From Azolla caroliniana (taxonomy: Eukaryota; Plantae; Polypodiophyta), in NCBI GenBank assembly GCA_043228905.1, contig JBHGNT010000008.1, positions 2,108,001 through 2,172,000 on the forward strand: a DNA stretch of 64,000 bases, read 5' to 3'. The notes beneath the pieces were generated by a model. The model was not told where the DNA came from and did no database searches. It saw only the letters and a program-made list of their open reading frames with translations. A program made the translations under genes and the position numbers. Positions 24,602 to 38,100 of this stretch are shown piece by piece; position 1 is the first letter of the stretch, and every line of letters starts with the position of its first letter.

Positions 24602-26345
24602 CTCCCCCTCAAGTTCAACATGTCACGGTGCTGCAAACCAAGCGCTCTTGAGAATTGCCGCAACTTGTCTAGGCCTAAGGGTTTGGTGAAGATGTTGGCA
24701 GTTTGCCAATTTGTCGGAACATGGAAAAGTTCCACTTCACCGGAGAGGACTCGCTCACGGACAAAATGGTAGTGCACCTCAATGTGCTTAGTTCGGGCGT
24801 GGAAGATGGGGTTCTTCGCCAATTGGATGCTGGTGAGGTTGTCGAAGTAGATCACGACTGGATCAGACACCTCCACTTGCAGATCCTTCAATAGCCGTTT
24901 GAGCCAAATGGCTTCGCACTTCTCGACAGCCGCTCCTCGATACTCAGCCTCGAACTATTGGCTGCTTCTTGTTGCTCTAGGTGATCGCGGTGCTTCCAAG
25001 TGAGAACGCATAACTGGATGTAGACATGCGGTTGTCAACATTTCCGGTCCAATTGGCATCTCTGTAGCCGACGAGCTGTCCAACTACACTGGCCCGATAT
25101 AGCAACACCCAATCCTTAGTGTCGTTGACATATCACATGATCCTATGCGCGCACTAAAGGTGTTCGACGGTCTCCTGTGACATAAATTGATTGATCAATC
25201 CGACTGGGTAACTAAAGTCCGACCGAGTGATCGTCAAGTAGATGAGGCTTCCGACAATGTCGGAATTGTGTCGCGTCACATGCTGCTCCCGAATTGTCCA
25301 GAGGAGTTGAGATGGATTTGCATTCTGTCATTCCGAATTTGAAGAGCATACTCAACACACAATGGTGTTGACTGATTACTATGCCTTTCGAGGTGCGGAT
25401 CACTTCGATCTCGAGGAAGTAATGAGGGTCCCCTAGATCCTTCATCTCAAACAATGCCGCAAGTTCGAACTTGACACGGTCAATTTGTTCCAGATCGGTG
25501 CTGATGATGACTAGATCATCCTCATATAGCAAGATGCTTACCAGTCCATTCCGATCCTACCAGATGAAAAGTGAAGAGTCCGACTTTGACGGGGCAAACC
25601 CCATCCGAGGCAATCTCTGCATGATCTTTGTGTTCCAAGCACGTGGGGCCTATTTGAGTCCCGTCATCATCAAGGGGCTACTATGATAAACAAACTAGAA
25701 GAATTTGTAACATAACTAGATGAATAAAAAAAACTGAGATGAGAATCAACATGTATTTCAAACACATGTAATGGAGGATAGGTTGAAAAATGGGAGGGAA
25801 GGGACTTCTTCAGTTGGCATACAACCAACGTATTCACTTCGGACTAAAATTTGGGGGATTGTAACATGTACACCTGTTCCTCGAGCTCACCTTGTAGGAA
25901 CACATTCTTTACATCCATTTGATGTAAGTGCCACCCCTTTGCCGCTACGAACGCAAGCAAGACATGGACGATTGTCATCTTCGCAACCTGCACGAATGTC
26001 TCATCATAATCGATGTCGTGCTGTTGCGCATAGCCCTTGCCCACTAATCGGGCCTTGTGTTGGTTGATGGAGCCATCGTGTTGAGATCTTTAAAATATGA
26101 AATATCTTGAGAAAAGTCACTTTAAACGATGGGGGTAAGCCCCCCTTTATATAAGATGAAGCATGCGAGAATGTTCGCCACATGGCTTCATGTATGCATG
26201 ACATTCTATGCATTACATGCTAAAATGTTTATCATATAATAATAAATGATACATATCCTTATTATAAGTTCTATAGTCTATAAAGTAAAGATACAAGGTT
26301 CAAATCCCTATATGCCTATTATAATATTGTGCTTGATCCTGAACA

Positions 26346-29300
26346 CTCCCTCTCAAGCACATTAAGATCATAAAGACCAAGTTTTCTTCTAAACTTGAAA
26401 AATTTCTCTTTTGGTAAACCCTTGGGGAAGATATTAGCAACTTGATCCTCTGTTTTGATATGTCTCAAATCAATGAGGGTTTCGACAATCTTTTCACGAA
26501 CGAAATGATAATGCACCTCAATATGTTTTGTACATGCATGAAAAACATGATTCTTTGCTAACAAGATTGCACTTATGTTATCACAATAGATAACTAACGG
26601 TCTTTGTATTTTGACTCCAAGATCCTTTAATAACATCTCTAACCATGTAGCTTCACATGTAGCTTGGGTTGCAACTCTATACTCTGCTTCTGTGGTGCTT
26701 CTGTTTCTTTGACAACCATGACACAACTCCACTACCAAGTGAACAACAATATCCACTTGTACTTCTTCTTGTCTCTTTATCTCCAACGCAATCTACATCA
26801 CAAAAGAAACTAGGAGACACCTTATCATTAGAATACAAAAGACCATATTCTAATGTTCGTTTTATGTATCTTAGAATTCTTTTTACTATCACCATGTGCG
26901 CTTTCATAGGCTCTTGCATATATCTACTGACTATACCAACTGACAATCAATATCTGGTCTTGTAATTGTCAATTAGATAAGCTTTCCAGCTATTTGTTGA
27001 TACATCTTAACATTTGTAAAAGCATAATTTTTAGTAGTATCTATCGTCATTCTTTCTTTCATTGGTGTTTGCATTGGCTTACAATCATACATACTAAATT
27101 ATTTTAGCATATGAACCATATACTTTTTCTGAGAAAGCATCCAACCATTAATACATTTAATCACTTCAATGCCCAAGAAGTACTTAAGCTCTCCTAAATC
27201 CTTGATCTCAAACTCATTTGACATATTATGTTTTATTTTTTGTACGAGTTCATCATTATCACATGTTATAATTAAATCATCTACGTATAAAACAATAATG
27301 ATTTTACCATATTTACTAATGCATCCCCACAACTTTGCTTGAAGTTCATACTTTTCAAGTAGTTTCCCAACCTTTCAAACCATATTCTTGGTGATTGTTT
27401 TAGTCCATATAAGCCTCTCTTCAATTTGCACATATAATCAGGGTTAACGTTATCCTCAAAACCATGTGGTTGTTCCATGAACACTTCTTCCTTCAAAATA
27501 CCATTCAAAAAGGCATTTTTTACATCCATCTGATATAAAGTCCATTTTAGAGATGCTACTAAAGACATAACAACTCTAATAGAGGCCATTTTAGCTACGG
27601 GTGAAAATGTTTCATCATAATCTAGACCATATGTTTGAGAATAACCTTTACCCACTAATCTTGCTTTACATCTATTTAAAGTATTGTCATAATTGAACTT
27701 AGACTTATATACCCACTTACAACCAATTACCTTTTTATCATTCGGTCTAGGCACTAGCTCCCATGTGTCATTCTTGTATAATGCATCAATTTCTTCCTAC
27801 ATAGCACACTTCCATTCTCTTTTCTTATATGCATCTTCAAAAAAATTAGGCACAATAAAATCATTAACTTTTGCCATAAACAAATAATGTTGTGCAATGC
27901 AACTATCATATGTTAACCTTTGAATAGGTTTTCTTACTCTACTAGATCTTAATTGTGAAGTTGTCCCACGATTTATGTCAACTTCTTCAACATAATCATC
28001 AATTTTCTCATTCTCATTATCAACATCATTTTCTTGATCCACGCTACTTAGCTTACTTGACAAAGGCATCTGCACATCACATTCTAATGTTTTCCTATTT
28101 TGCATTTCATCAAATTGTACACTCTTTGAGATATAAAACTTCTCATCATCTATATCAAAACATATATATCCATTTTTTACGACATCAATCCTTAGGAAAA
28201 TACACTTTATAACCTTTTTATCAAGCTTCTTCCTTACTTGACTAGGAACATACACAAAGCAAATACATCCAAAAACTTTTAACGTATCAACTCAAGGCTT
28301 TTTATTATAGAACAATTCAGAAGGAGTATTGTTACCAATTATGGTTGTTGGCATTCTACTTATCAAAGTCACTACATAATGACAAGCATTAGCCCAAAAC
28401 CTTTTTGACAAATTTACTTTAAATAGCGTAGCTCTAGCTATCTTTAGTATATGTCTATTTTTCCTTTCTACAACTCCATTCATTTGAGGAGTGTATCTAG
28501 GTATGACTTGCCTTATGATACCATTTTCTATTAAGAACTTATCAAATTCATTTGACATATACTCAGTTCCTCCATCACTTCGAAGCATTTTAATTTTTCT
28601 ATTGCACTGATTTTCAACCATTTTCTTGAATTCAATGAACTTTGTAAAAATGTCACTTTTATTTTTTATAAAGTATATCCACACCATTCTAGAATAATCA
28701 TCAATGAATGTTACAAAATACCTTGATCCTCCAATACTTGTGAAGGACCCCAAACATCTGTATGAACCAACTCCAATGGGTGCTTGAAAGTTGGATTCCT
28801 CATCGGCATTACCGTCCTTGTGAACATTGCTTTACAACATGGCTCACAAAAAGGTAGAACACAATCTCTATTAAACGTTGGCAATCCATGAACCAAATCA
28901 TTATTACTCATATTTAGCAATCATCTTTCACTCACATGTCGCAATCTTTTACGCCACAACTCAAACTCATTTTTTTCATTTGCAATCGTGCATTTCTTTT
29001 CTGTGTCATTCAATATGAACATTCGTCCTACTTTTCTTCCGGTTACAAGCACTTCTCTCGTGTTTGAACTTGTTATTGTACATCCATACTTATTAAACAA
29101 TATGTCCATATCTTTCTCAACTAGTTGACCAATAGAAATTAAATTCATTTTAACACCAGGTACATACCACCCGTCTTTTAACTTTTTAGACATGTCATTC
29201 GACAAATGCAATTGAACATCTCCACAACTCTTTACATCATAACATGTATCATCACCCATACAAATTTCAATTGGACTGGACAAACCCTTTGTTGCATCAA

Positions 29301-29351
29301 ACAAACCACAATCTCCAATCATGTGATTTGAACAACCAAAATCAAGATACC
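26346..29351 (-). pseudogene. Copia D pol remnants (PR, IN, RT, RH)
   Basis: Motifs YLDFGCSNHM, HTDVWGP, FIDDYSR, RSDGGTEY, LYVDDLII and TKHIEVHYHFVRE, with many frameshifts. Confidence 0.9.
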
Positions 29352-29821
29352 TGTCATAGACAGAATGGCACATGGAATGGTGGGGGTTGAACCCATGATC
29401 TTCTGGTCTTATTCAACAACCTTACCAATTGAGCTACATCTATCTATACATTATTGTATTGTATAAGAATCAACTTATTTCATTATAGATTGATCACTAG
29501 AACTTTCAAGAACCATTCTAGAGTGCAAGTTTCCATGCACTTTCTAGAAGTCTTCTAGCTTTCATGCATACCTCCACATTCTTGTAAATACTGGGGTGCA
29601 CCTTGATTACAATCAAGGTGAACAACACCAGATACGAAAGCATAATTCAATTCTTGTTCATTTGTCTATTTTCTCTCTCTCTTGCTTGTTCTCTTGTCTA
29701 TGCTCTCTCTCCCGTCATCTCTTAATATTGAGCCTCGTCTACTTGTCCGTGACAATCTTGTGATCTTGCTTATGCTCTCGCTCTCTCTTAGTACTTAGCC
29801 TCATTCCACCCTTTCGTGACA
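29352..29821 (+). repeat. 5' LTR of gypsy G
   Basis: TG..CA; diverged direct repeat of 51339-51829. Confidence 0.94.
29373..29443 (-). other. tRNA-like module (A box TAGCTCAATTGG, B box GGTTCAACCCC) antisense in the U3 of gypsy G; second copy at 51360-51428
   Basis: 71 nt with tRNA arm spacing. T-stem pairs 4/5, acceptor and D stems are partial, and the anticodon arm is degenerate. Not called as a functional tRNA. Confidence 0.65.
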
Positions 29822-29823
29822 GT

Positions 29824-29834
29824 TTGTTCACCTT
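29824..29834 (+). promoter_or_regulatory. Putative self-priming PBS of gypsy G
   Basis: TTGTTCACCTT is the exact reverse complement of AAGGTGAACAA at 29615-29625 in the LTR. There is no TGG-type tRNA PBS. Confidence 0.72.
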
Positions 29835-29854
29835 CCCATTTTCTAAGCCTCAGC

Positions 29855-32670
29855 ATGTCGGATCTTACCGAGAGAATAAATCATCTCATGGAAGCCATGC
29901 ATCAACTTCAACTTGAGAATGAGAACCTTCGGGAATCGTTACAGAAGCTTCAAGTTGGAACACTAATGGAACTCGAAGAAAAAAATAACTCTCCTCCTGC
30001 ATCAACAAATGTTCTACCTATAGAGTCTAGTTCCTCGTCTAGGGTTTCTCCAACTCCTCCCCATCCCACTAAAATTATGGAGCCCAATTTTAGTTTACCT
30101 AACAAGTTTGATGGCACGAGGAAGCACTTCCAAGGGTTCATAAATCAGATCAAGCTTATTATCCAACTACAACCTCAACGGTATGCGGATGATTTTTGTC
30201 AAGTTGGTCTCATTGGGACCCTTCTATTAGGAGCTGCAAAAGCTTGGTTTGCACCATTGGTCGAAACTTCATCACCATTTCTACAAAATTTTCCTGCCTT
30301 TCTTGTAGAGTTTGAAGCAACATTTGGGGATAACTCTATTCATTACATCAAGGTATGCATTCGGTATCCATTTATGCCTCTGAATTTAGACAATTAGCAT
30401 GTGATGTTCAGTGGGATGGCCAAGCGCTCTGCGACCATTTTTGTCGGGGCCTTCGAAGCGATATTAAAAATTTACTACTCAACTTTCCGAAGCCTACATC
30501 ATTGTCACAAGCCATTATGCAAGTAGTTAGTTGTGACAATCGGTTGTTTGAGTTCGTCAAGAGGAACGAGCAACTTCAAGGTGGCAACCCTCTTCGAGAT
30601 CTTCTCCATCGTCATTGTACGATGACCCCGTGCTGATGGAAATTGATCGAGCTCGCACCCCGCCACTCACGGAGGTCGAACAGAGGTATCGCCAAACCAA
30701 TGGACTATGTTTATATTGTGGTGCATCCACCCATCTAGTTCGTTTTTTCCCAATCAAGAATAATCAACGACAAATATCTACAAACAATACCACAAGACGG
30801 CCCCAACAACCGAAAAACGAAGGTGTCCAACTAAAGTAGAAGCCATGTGGTTGGCTACATCGACAGAAGATTTCTCCTTTTTGGTAAGCATCCATTTCAA
30901 GTCGATTTCAATTAGGTCCTTAACACTTCTTAATTCCAAGGCAACAACGTGTTTTATGGATGAAAGGTTCGTTCGTAAACGCAAATTTCTGGTTGTCCAA
31001 TTGTCCAAGACAAGTCGATTTCAATTAGGTCCTTAGCACTTCTCGATTCCAAGGCAACAATGTGTTTTATGGATGAAAGGTTCGTTCATAAACACAAATT
31101 TCCGGTTGTCCAATTGTCCAAGAAAATCCTAGTGGAAGCTATTGATGGACGCATGCTTTCTTCGGGAGCAATCACTGAAGACACAATCCCACTTATCTTA
31201 CAGCTCAGGGACCACTAGGAGGCCTTAATATTTTATGTTATCGCTTCACCACGACATCCGGTCATCCTTGGCTTATCTTGGCTGAAGGCACAGAATCCAC
31301 TTGTTGATTGGTGCAATCATTCAATTACTTTCTCCCAAACCAACTCGGAGGTGCAAACAATACTCATGTTGCAGCACGCGCTCACCCTCCCATTAAAGCA
31401 GGAATTAGCTCCAAGGCGGATGCTCACATCCCAGTCACAACAAGGAAAATAGTGCATAGTGCCTCTGACCCAAGCAATCCAATGAGGACAGCTACTGACT
31501 CACTACCGACCAAGTATGAAAACTTCAGGGACGTGTTTGAGAAAAAGAATGTTGATCACTTGCCTGAACATCGACGTTATGATTGTCCGATCGATCTGCA
31601 AGAAGGTGCCAGTCCTCCCTTTGGCCCAATTTATGGGTTGTCGGAACCAGAACTCTAGGCACTCCGAACTTATCTCAACGATAACCTTGAAAAGGGTTTT
31701 ATTCAACCCTCAAAATCACCAGTAGGAGCTCCTATTTTGTTCGAGAAAAAGAAATATGGCTCCTTAGACCTCTGCGTTGACTGTCGGGATCTAAACAAGA
31801 TTACTATTCACAACCGCTACCGATTGCCTCTCATCCTAGAGTTCTCGGATCGACACCGAACTGGGTGGATCTTCTTTAAGATTGACCTACGGGGAGCATA
31901 AAATTTGGTATGGATCAAACTTGGAGATGAATGGAAAATTGCCTTTAGAACGCGCTACAGTCATTTCGAGTATAAGGTAATGCCTTTCGGCCTCACTAAT
32001 GCTCCTGCAGTATTTCAACATATGATGAATGACATCTTCCAAGAATATCTAGATCACTTTGTTGTGATCTATCTAGATGATATCTTGGTCTTCTCTTCGA
32101 ACATCAAGGATCATACTCGACATGTCAGGTTAGTCCTCGCCAAAGCTCGCAAGCATGGACTCTATGCTAAAAGTGAAAAATGTGAATTTGATCATACTTC
32201 TGTAGAGTTTCTTGGGTATGTCATTTCGACACAGGGAATCACAATGGACACACAGAAAGTCAAGAGTATCCAAGAGTGGGTTGTCCCAACACGTCATTCC
32301 TTGGTTTTGCCAATTTTTATCGTCGCTTCATCAAAGGATTCTCAATGATTGCACAACCTCTCATTGCTCTTACCCGCAAGGATGCTACTTTCGAATGGAC
32401 AACAATTGTACAAAAGGCGTTTGACTTGATGAAACAAATCTTTACTATGGCACCAATCCTCTTACATCCTGACCCCACTAAGCCTTTTCAAGTCGGAACG
32501 AATTCTTCCGATTTCGTCATTGGGGCGATCCTCTCCCAACCAGATGAGGTCGGTGTGCTTCACCCAGTGGCTTACTACTCCCACAAATTTACGGCCTTAG
32601 AAATCAACTACCCCATATACAACAAGGAGCTTCTTGCTATTATTGCTTCTTTTGAAGAATGGAGACCCTA
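29855..32670 (+). pseudogene. Gypsy G gag-PR-RT-RH remnants
   Basis: ORF fragments across 29816-30839 and 31500-32671, with a 113-bp tandem duplication over the protease site (about 30898-31123). Confidence 0.9.
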
Positions 32671-32951
32671 AACACGTTCGCGTTCAGAAGTGGAAGGATC
32701 GTGCAAAAATGGAAGGATAAGGAATATTCCTTCTAATTTTGGGGTTTAGGTACTCTATTCACAAAACATAATGATACCAGTATCACATGTTCTCAAAATA
32801 CCGTTGGAAAACCTCAAAAATTCATCATTTCCTAAACTTGAAAAAACGCTAAAATTATGCTATACTCGAAATGGTACAATGTTCACTGTCACGAAGAAGT
32901 CAAGAAGTAATGTATTTTATAACAAACAATGTTTGTACAAAGCAATAATAT

Positions 32952-33799
32952 TTACGTCACCAATGTTAGTGTGAAGTCGTAAACAATAATATCTACGTCA
33001 CCAATGTCTAGGCATGAAGTGTTATGAATATTTCTTTTCCTCTTTCTATTCCCCCTTGATCGTGGACATTCCATCATCTCTAATGCATACTTGCCGGTAA
33101 AGGCATTTTTGCTTCTAGTGTTGTATCGATGCACCTTTATAGACTGGATTTGGCTTTGGTTCTCATGCATCACCACATCTAAAACCTTACCAATCCAAAA
33201 TTGATGTCCCAGCTCATTATCATCACTAGGTGTAGCAATTAACATACCCACCTTCAATTCTTGCAAGTTTCCTTGCCACCTCGTTTCCGTTATTTTCGTC
33301 AGCTTGGGTCCAACATATATGTCCCTTTGTGGTGGATGGAGCAAGCTATCATTAATCGCATTAGGTGCAAGAGGAGAAGTCTAAGAATTATGACATGGTT
33401 GTATATTCCATGTGAAGGGGATTTGCACGATCCAAGTACAAAGGACACAATTGTCAACAATTTGTTCTTGATCTGTAAAGAACACATCCCAACATGACGT
33501 GTCTTGTTCCCAACATACTTCTTCGCATTATCAATGTGCTTGCGTTTGTCTTGTAGTGCTTGAATCCAAACATCCTTTTGATTATCAGCTAGTACATTGG
33601 TGACCACTTTTTTAGTCTCAATATGCATTTGTCCTGCACCATAAACAAAAGTAGAAGGCATATGAAGTAGAAACAGACACCCGCCTTCAGGCTCCCATTC
33701 GGGGGAGGATGAATATTGCTTTGCATATAATAATGTACAACCACTATGATCATTTTATTATTATTAAGAATACGTGGTTGAAACTTATATTATTTAATG
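32952..33799 (-). pseudogene. C-terminal part of the transposon H transposase
   Basis: The reading frame continues across the LINE-2 TSD (PLNNIS|FNHVFL); fragments at 33299-33661 and 32952-33344. Confidence 0.7.
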
Positions 33800-35166
33800 A
33801 AATGTTGTGGAAAGTATCTGCTCTGTCGAAAGTCTTGAGGAAGGAAAGCAATATCCCTCTGCATCAGACCCAGCGACCATATTCGGCGACCCTCCCCTAT
33901 GTCTGAGCTTCACGGCCGCCACAACAGAGGAAGGGAAGCAACCACTGGGCTACAAATTCGTTCTGCTGCGCTACAACATCTCTACCAACAGTAAGGAGAA
34001 AGATTTGGAAGAGAAGAGAGAACGATTAATTAGGAAGTAGGGAGTCTTACAAACTCAGGACTAGAAGAGAGTCGATGTATACACCGTCTTCGTTAACGCC
34101 CAAGGAGCGATCCAGCGAATCGGCCCCTGCTTCTCCTACGATTGACGGTACTATAGATGTCCAATTGGCACCGGAAGATGAGCTCACTGTTCTCAATGAA
34201 GTTAAACGATTGGAGCGGTGCTTTGTTGTTGCCCAAGTCTTGGGAAAACGACCGAGTAGAGGGGATCTTCCTCATCTTCTCCAGGCAGCCTTAAAGGAAA
34301 AATTGGATAAGATAACTGATATTCAATTGATGGGCCGAGGTTGCTATCAATTGGAATTTGAAGATCATTCTTCCGTTTGCAATATCCTTTCCATCCACTC
34401 GGTAGAAATCTCAGGTGCATGGGTTCTTTTTTTCCCATGGACCCATGGTTTTGATACGGCAGCCCTACAGGTGGAGGCAACGGGATACTTGTTGTGCACA
34501 GTGCTCGGCCACAACCGAGGAATATGATTAACTCACAGAAAACAGGAAATACAAAATGCACCGTTCAGTAGAGAGAAGAGTACACTGGATGTTTTACGTG
34601 GAAAACCCTAAATGGGAAAAACCACGGGAGTCCTCGAACTCCAACTATCACTACAAACAGAGATGTACAATGGTGAAGCTACAAGGCAACAACCTTGAGC
34701 TCACTGTCTTCGCCACAGGCGGCAGTAATACACAGAGGCAACGACCTCTTCGTCTTTCTCTCTCTCTCTCTCTCTCTCGGCTGCTCTCTTCACTCTCTCT
34801 AAGCGGAAAACAGAAAGATGAGCAACAACACCTAAAACTGTTTGCCCTAAGTCATATTTATACACATATGACTTTCGGGCTATTTACAAATATAGCCTCA
34901 AGGGCCCTTGGCAAACATATTCACAAATATGTCCCCGCATCCGGATCTCTCTCTCCGGGTACATTCGTCATCCGGTTCCGTAACCGGGTCTTCATCATCC
35001 GGCTCCGTAACCGGGGTCTTCATCATCCGGCTCCGTAGCCGGGGTCTTCATCATCCGGTTCCGTAACCGGGGTCGTAACCGTAACCGTAACCGTAACCGT
35101 AATTGCCGTCATTCATCTCCGGACATCCCATCCGGAGGGACCAAAAATCCCAACAAAACTCCCCCT

Positions 35167-38100
35167 TCACTTCGGCATGGGATGTCTCTCCAATCCGATC
35201 CTCTTCCGGCATGCTTCCAGCTTGTCGGGTGTAAGAACCTTGGTCAGCATATCCGACCCGTTCTCGTCCGTGTGGATCTTCGTCAGCACGAACTCCTTGT
35301 CTTCTATCCTTTCCCGGATCCAGTGGTATCTACGCTGGATGTGCTTCGTCCGGGAGTGATAGGCCGCATTCTTCGCAAGGTGGATGGCACTCTGACTGTC
35401 GCAGTAGAGTCGGTACTCCTCCTGCCGGATACCGAGCTCTCCAATGAAGTCCTTCATCCATATTATTTCCTTGCCGGCTTCGACAGCCGCCATGTACTCC
35501 GCCTCCGTGGTTGACAACGCAACCGTCTTCTGCAGCCTCGACTGCCACGAAACAGCTCCCCCTGCATACGTCATCACATACCCTGATGTGGACCGGCTGG
35601 TATCCGCATCAGCCGACATGTCCGAATCGGTAAATCCATCGAGTTCGGGCTTACCGGAGCCGAATCGGAGGCACATGTTCGAAGTGCCCTTTAGGTATCG
35701 GAGTATCCATTTGACCGCGTTCCAGTGCTCTTTGCCGGGATTGCTCATATACCGGCTCACCACTCCGACTGCATATCCTATGTCCGGTCTTGTACACACC
35801 ATTGCATACATCAAGCTTCCGACGGCAGAGGCATATGGTACTTTCATCATGTCCTCCTTCTCAGCCTTTGTCTTGGGGCTTTGCTTGCTGGACAACTTGT
35901 AGTTTGCCGGGAGGGTTGACCCGACCGGTCTTGCTTCCGACATGTTGAACCGGTGAAGCACCTTTGTCACGTACTTCTCCTGTGACAGCCACAACTGCTT
36001 CTTTTTCCGGTCCCGGATGATGTGCATCCCTAGAATTTGCCTCGCCGGACCCAGGTCCTTCATTGAGAAAGTTCGGTGAAGCGCTTTCTTCAGCATCCGT
36101 ATCTTGGCCTGGTCCCGTCCGACGATCAACATGTCGTCCACGTACAGGAGGAGTATTAGAAAGTCTCCTCCTTCGAACTCCTTCACAAACACGCAGTGAT
36201 CGGACTGCGTTTTGTGGTAGCCTTCGTCGGTCATGAAAGAGTCGAACTTCCGGTACCACTGTCGGGGAGCCTGCTTCAGTCCGTAAAGGCTCTTCTTCAA
36301 CCGGCATACCAGGTGCTCCTTTCCTTTCTTCTCGAATCCTTCCGGTTGCTGCATGTAGATCTCTTCTTCGAGGTCATCGTGAAGGAATGCCGTCTTCACG
36401 TCCATCTGTTCTACCTCGAGGTCCATGCTTGCCGCTATGCTCAGCACCGTCCGGATGGAGGTCATCTTCACTACCGGGGCAAATATCTCGTCGAAGTCGA
36501 CGCCCTTCTTCTGCTGAAACCCCTTCACCACTATCCTGGCTTTGTATCTCGGGGGGTTTCCGGCATCTCCCGGTTTCAGCTTGAACACCCACTTGTTTCG
36601 AAGTGCCCGCTTTCCTTTCGGCAACTCCACAAGTTTATATGTGTGGTTCTCATGCAGGGAATCCATCTCCTCCTGCATGGCACTTAACCACCTGCGGCTA
36701 TGAGTGTCAAGCTTTGCTTCTTCGAAACTCTCCGCCTCCCCCTCGTCGGTTAGCAGCACGTGCTCCGGTTCCGGAAATCTCCGGGGGGCCCTTCTCTCTC
36801 TTAGAGGATATCTCCGTTCCGGAGCTTCGATAACCGGTTCCTCCGTTTCCTCTTCATCCGAATCCATTTCGGGATCGGGGCCGGTTCCGGTATCGGTTTC
36901 ATCTTCCTCGGCCGGTTCTGTTTCTTCACCGTCTTCGGCCGGATCCTCGAGTGCTAACCGGTCCCTTGCCGGTCGGGACTGCTCCTCGTAGAGTTTATCC
37001 TCACCGGTCGACTTGGAGCTCTTCATCTTCTTCTCCGACTCCCAGTCGGCGAGTGTCTTGTCCTCCATGAAGATGATATCTCGACTCCTGAATATCTTCT
37101 TGTCGACCGGGTCCCATACTCGGTAGCCGAACTCGTCGTCGCCGTAACCGAGGAATATGCATGGCCGGGTCTTTGGGTCTAGCTTTCCTCTCCGGTCCTT
37201 TGCCACATGCACATATGCGAGACACCCGAACACCTTCAGATGCCGGTAGGATACTTCCCTACCGGTCCACACTCTCTGCGGCGTGTCTCCGTCCAAAGGT
37301 ACTGAGGGTGATCTGTTTATCACGTATGTCGCCGTCGACATTGCCTCAGCCCAAAACCCCTTGGGTAATTTCGCATGCGCCAGCATACTCCGGACCCTCT
37401 CCATTATGGTCCGGTTCATCCTCTCGGCCAGCCCGTTCAATTCCGGCGTCTTCGGCACAGTAAACTCGAGCCGGATTCCCTTCGAGCGACAGTACTCCTC
37501 GAACTGCCCCCGGTATTCCCCTCCGTTATCCGCTCGTATCGCTTTTAGCTCCTTGCCGGATTCCCTTTCCACTCTCGCGTGGAGTTCTTTGAAGACGGAC
37601 AATACTTGGTCCTTTGTCTTCAACGGTGCCGTCCACAGCTTCCGGCTGTGATCATCAATGAATGTTACGAAGTACTGGGCTCCGCCATGTGACTTCGTTT
37701 CTACCTGACACACATCAGTGTGCACCAACTCCAATGGTGCGCTACGTCTCGTCGGTGGCCTTGAGTGGAAGGAGGCTCGGTTCTGCTTACCGGCCAGGCA
37801 ATCGGTGCACTTCTCCAGATGCACATGCTTCACTGGGATAAGGTTGTCTTCTGCAAGCCTCTTCATCCCCTTCTCACTCATGTGGCACAGTCTCTTGTGC
37901 CACAGCTCACCGGCAGTGTCAGCTGCCACGTTCAGCTCCTCCGGACATAGCCGGGAATTCATCAGGTACAGTGTGTTGACTTTCCGGGCCCGAGCCACTA
38001 TCAGGCTCCCTTTGCTGAACTTCATGACACCGTTCCGGATGCTACCCGTGTAGCCTTCATCGTCTAGCCTCCCGGCCGAAATCAGGTTCAATCGAACCTC

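Noticed and set aside
29373-29443. Functional tRNA gene
   Set aside because: The anticodon stem does not pair, the acceptor stem is incomplete, and the sequence is embedded in both LTRs.
34556-35038. 160-aa ORF as a gene
   Set aside because: It lies wholly within an LTR, runs through a (CT)n tract, and is broken by a stop in the sister LTR.
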